From IMG/VR virus record IMGVR_UViG_3300010398_000038, positions 1 through 26,171 of that record: a stretch of 26,171 nucleotides of DNA. The stretch is one strand, 5' to 3'. Below are positions 24,939 through 26,171 of the stretch, in pieces. Below the pieces are notes generated by a model. It was not told the DNA's origin and ran no database searches. It saw nothing but the letters and a program-made list of their open reading frames with translations. Made by a program: the position numbers and the translations under genes. Source of the stretch: a virus (taxonomy: Duplodnaviria; Caudoviricetes). Each line of letters opens with the position of its first letter. Within the stretch, counting starts at the first letter, position 1.

Positions 24939-24941
24939 GCC

Positions 24942-25400
24942 ATGCCCCTCAAACTCATGCTGCTGAGCGAGATCAGAAGCGATGCCGACAGGTGGCGCTA
25001 CTACGCCGAAGACTACGCCTGGCGCGTCATCCGGCTCTACGACGAGGAACGCACATCGCCCATCGATCCCAAGGGCGAGTGGTACGACGAGGTGCTCGTC
25101 GCCGATGCCCTCAACCGCTTCCGCCGCCAGATCGCCGCCGAAAACCATCGCCGCGCGGAAGCCGAAAGTCGCGATCCCGATATCCAGGCGATGAACCGTC
25201 GCTATGCCCGCAGCGCCGCGTGGCGCGCCGGCAAGCTCGACGCCTACGACGCCGTCCAGCACCCTGAGCGGCTCGCGGAGCGGCAGCGCAACGCCCAGGA
25301 GCCGGCGCCGCAGCCCTTCAGCACGCCGAGCCGCTCGATCGGCGAGGTGCTGCGAGAAATGGGCATCACCGCATCCGAAGCCGCTGATCACGCCAGTTGA
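24942..25400 (+). CDS. Hypothetical protein (152 aa)
   Basis: GAGGAG SD; high-GC3 codons. Confidence 0.7.
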   Translation: MPLKLMLLSEIRSDADRWRYYAEDYAWRVIRLYDEERTSPIDPKGEWYDEVLVADALNRFRRQIAAENHRRAEAESRDPDIQAMNRRYARSAAWRAGKLDAYDAVQHPERLAERQRNAQEPAPQPFSTPSRSIGEVLREMGITASEAADHAS

Positions 25401-25456
25401 TTAAAAATCGCAGTCGCTTATGCTCGCTTGCACCTCCACGTTAAGACGTGGTTCGC

Positions 25457-25813
25457 ATGGCCGGTAATCTCGCCAACCTCAGACACTTCAAGCCCGGCAA
25501 CAAGGCGCACCGCCCGTCGCCTTACCCCGAACGCGCCCTTGGCATCGCCCGCAGGCATACCGTGGAAGCCGTCCAGCACGCCATCGATTGCATGCGTGAT
25601 GCCGGATTGCCATGGTCCGATCGCCTCGCCGCGATCAAGATCATCCTCGGCGAGGGGCTGCCCAAAAAACGCGACGCCTTCGAGGCGCTCTTCGCCGCGG
25701 CGCAAACCGGCGAAGGCTTTATCGAGGTGCGCTTTGTCGCGCCCGGCGCGCAACCGGTCGATGTCACGCCAAACGAGGGCGATACCTTCCGCATCGAGTA
25801 CGACGCCGAATGA
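25457..25813 (+). CDS. terS: Terminase small subunit (putative)
   Basis: 'NLRHFKPGN' N-terminal motif; helical core; ATGA overlap with terL. Confidence 0.7.
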   Translation: MAGNLANLRHFKPGNKAHRPSPYPERALGIARRHTVEAVQHAIDCMRDAGLPWSDRLAAIKIILGEGLPKKRDAFEALFAAAQTGEGFIEVRFVAPGAQPVDVTPNEGDTFRIEYDAE

Positions 25814-26171
25814 GCATCGCCGACTTCCCCATCGCGCTGCAGCCGCTCTTCGAGCCGCATCGCTACAAGATCGCCTATGGCGGGCGCGGCGGCTCAAAGT
25901 CCTGGTCGATCGCCTCCTACCTCGCCCTCGAGGCGGCAAAGAAACCGACCCGCGTGCTGTGCTGCCGCGAGTTCCAGGCCTCGATCCGCGAAAGCGTGCA
26001 CCGCCTGCTCTCCGATCGCATCCGCTCTCTGGGCCTCGCTGAGAAGTTCGATATCCTCGATACCGCAATCAGAAGCAAAACCGGCTCGGGAAGCGAATTT
26101 ATCTTTGAAGGTTTGCGACATAATGCCGGCAAGATTAGATCGCTTGAAGCAATCGATAAGGTCTGGGTGGA
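25810..26171 (+). CDS. terL: Terminase large subunit, PBSX/Terminase_3 type (partial, runs off the window)
   Basis: Translated by hand: 'RYKIAYGGRGGSKS' Walker A, 'CCREFQASIRESV', 'FIFEGL...KIRSLEAIDKVWV'. Confidence 0.93.
   Translation, partial: MSIADFPIALQPLFEPHRYKIAYGGRGGSKSWSIASYLALEAAKKPTRVLCCREFQASIRESVHRLLSDRIRSLGLAEKFDILDTAIRSKTGSGSEFIFEGLRHNAGKIRSLEAIDKVWV

Noticed and set aside
1-26171. tRNA, rRNA or tmRNA genes; CtrA or alphaproteobacterial LexA boxes
   Set aside because: None recognised by eye; a tRNAscan or motif scan would be needed to exclude them.

Overview
GC-rich temperate podovirus-type phage with P22-like gene order, most likely infecting an alphaproteobacterium (it encodes a GcrA-like protein). 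The + strand late operon runs head-completion (gp4-like, gp10-like), Asp/Asn beta-hydroxylase, GNAT, three DNA-ejection proteins, a tail fibre with an S74 chaperone, holin candidates and a GH108 endolysin. Next come an intact-looking attP, a leftward int/xis/GcrA/MTase-like/DUF1367/ERF/YqaJ arm, a cI/cro switch, a VRR-NUC gene, a DUF1376 replication gene with an 11-bp phased origin-like array, and terS/terL (terL truncated by the window end). The most unusual element is at 9286-10708, between the ejection genes and the tail fibre. It is an antisense array of six tiny coiled-coil or membrane ORFs joined by a repeated AGGAGCGC-TGA-GCG-ATG linker, with its own candidate promoter and an overlapping SymR/ptaRNA1-like antisense RNA at its head. 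Also notable: two antisense HNH genes that each share a CATG palindrome with the start codon of the next late gene, a tandem double-HNH nuclease, and a GIY-YIG/T5orf172 nuclease fused to a copy of the adjacent Cro. All family assignments come from motif recognition by eye; no searches were run.
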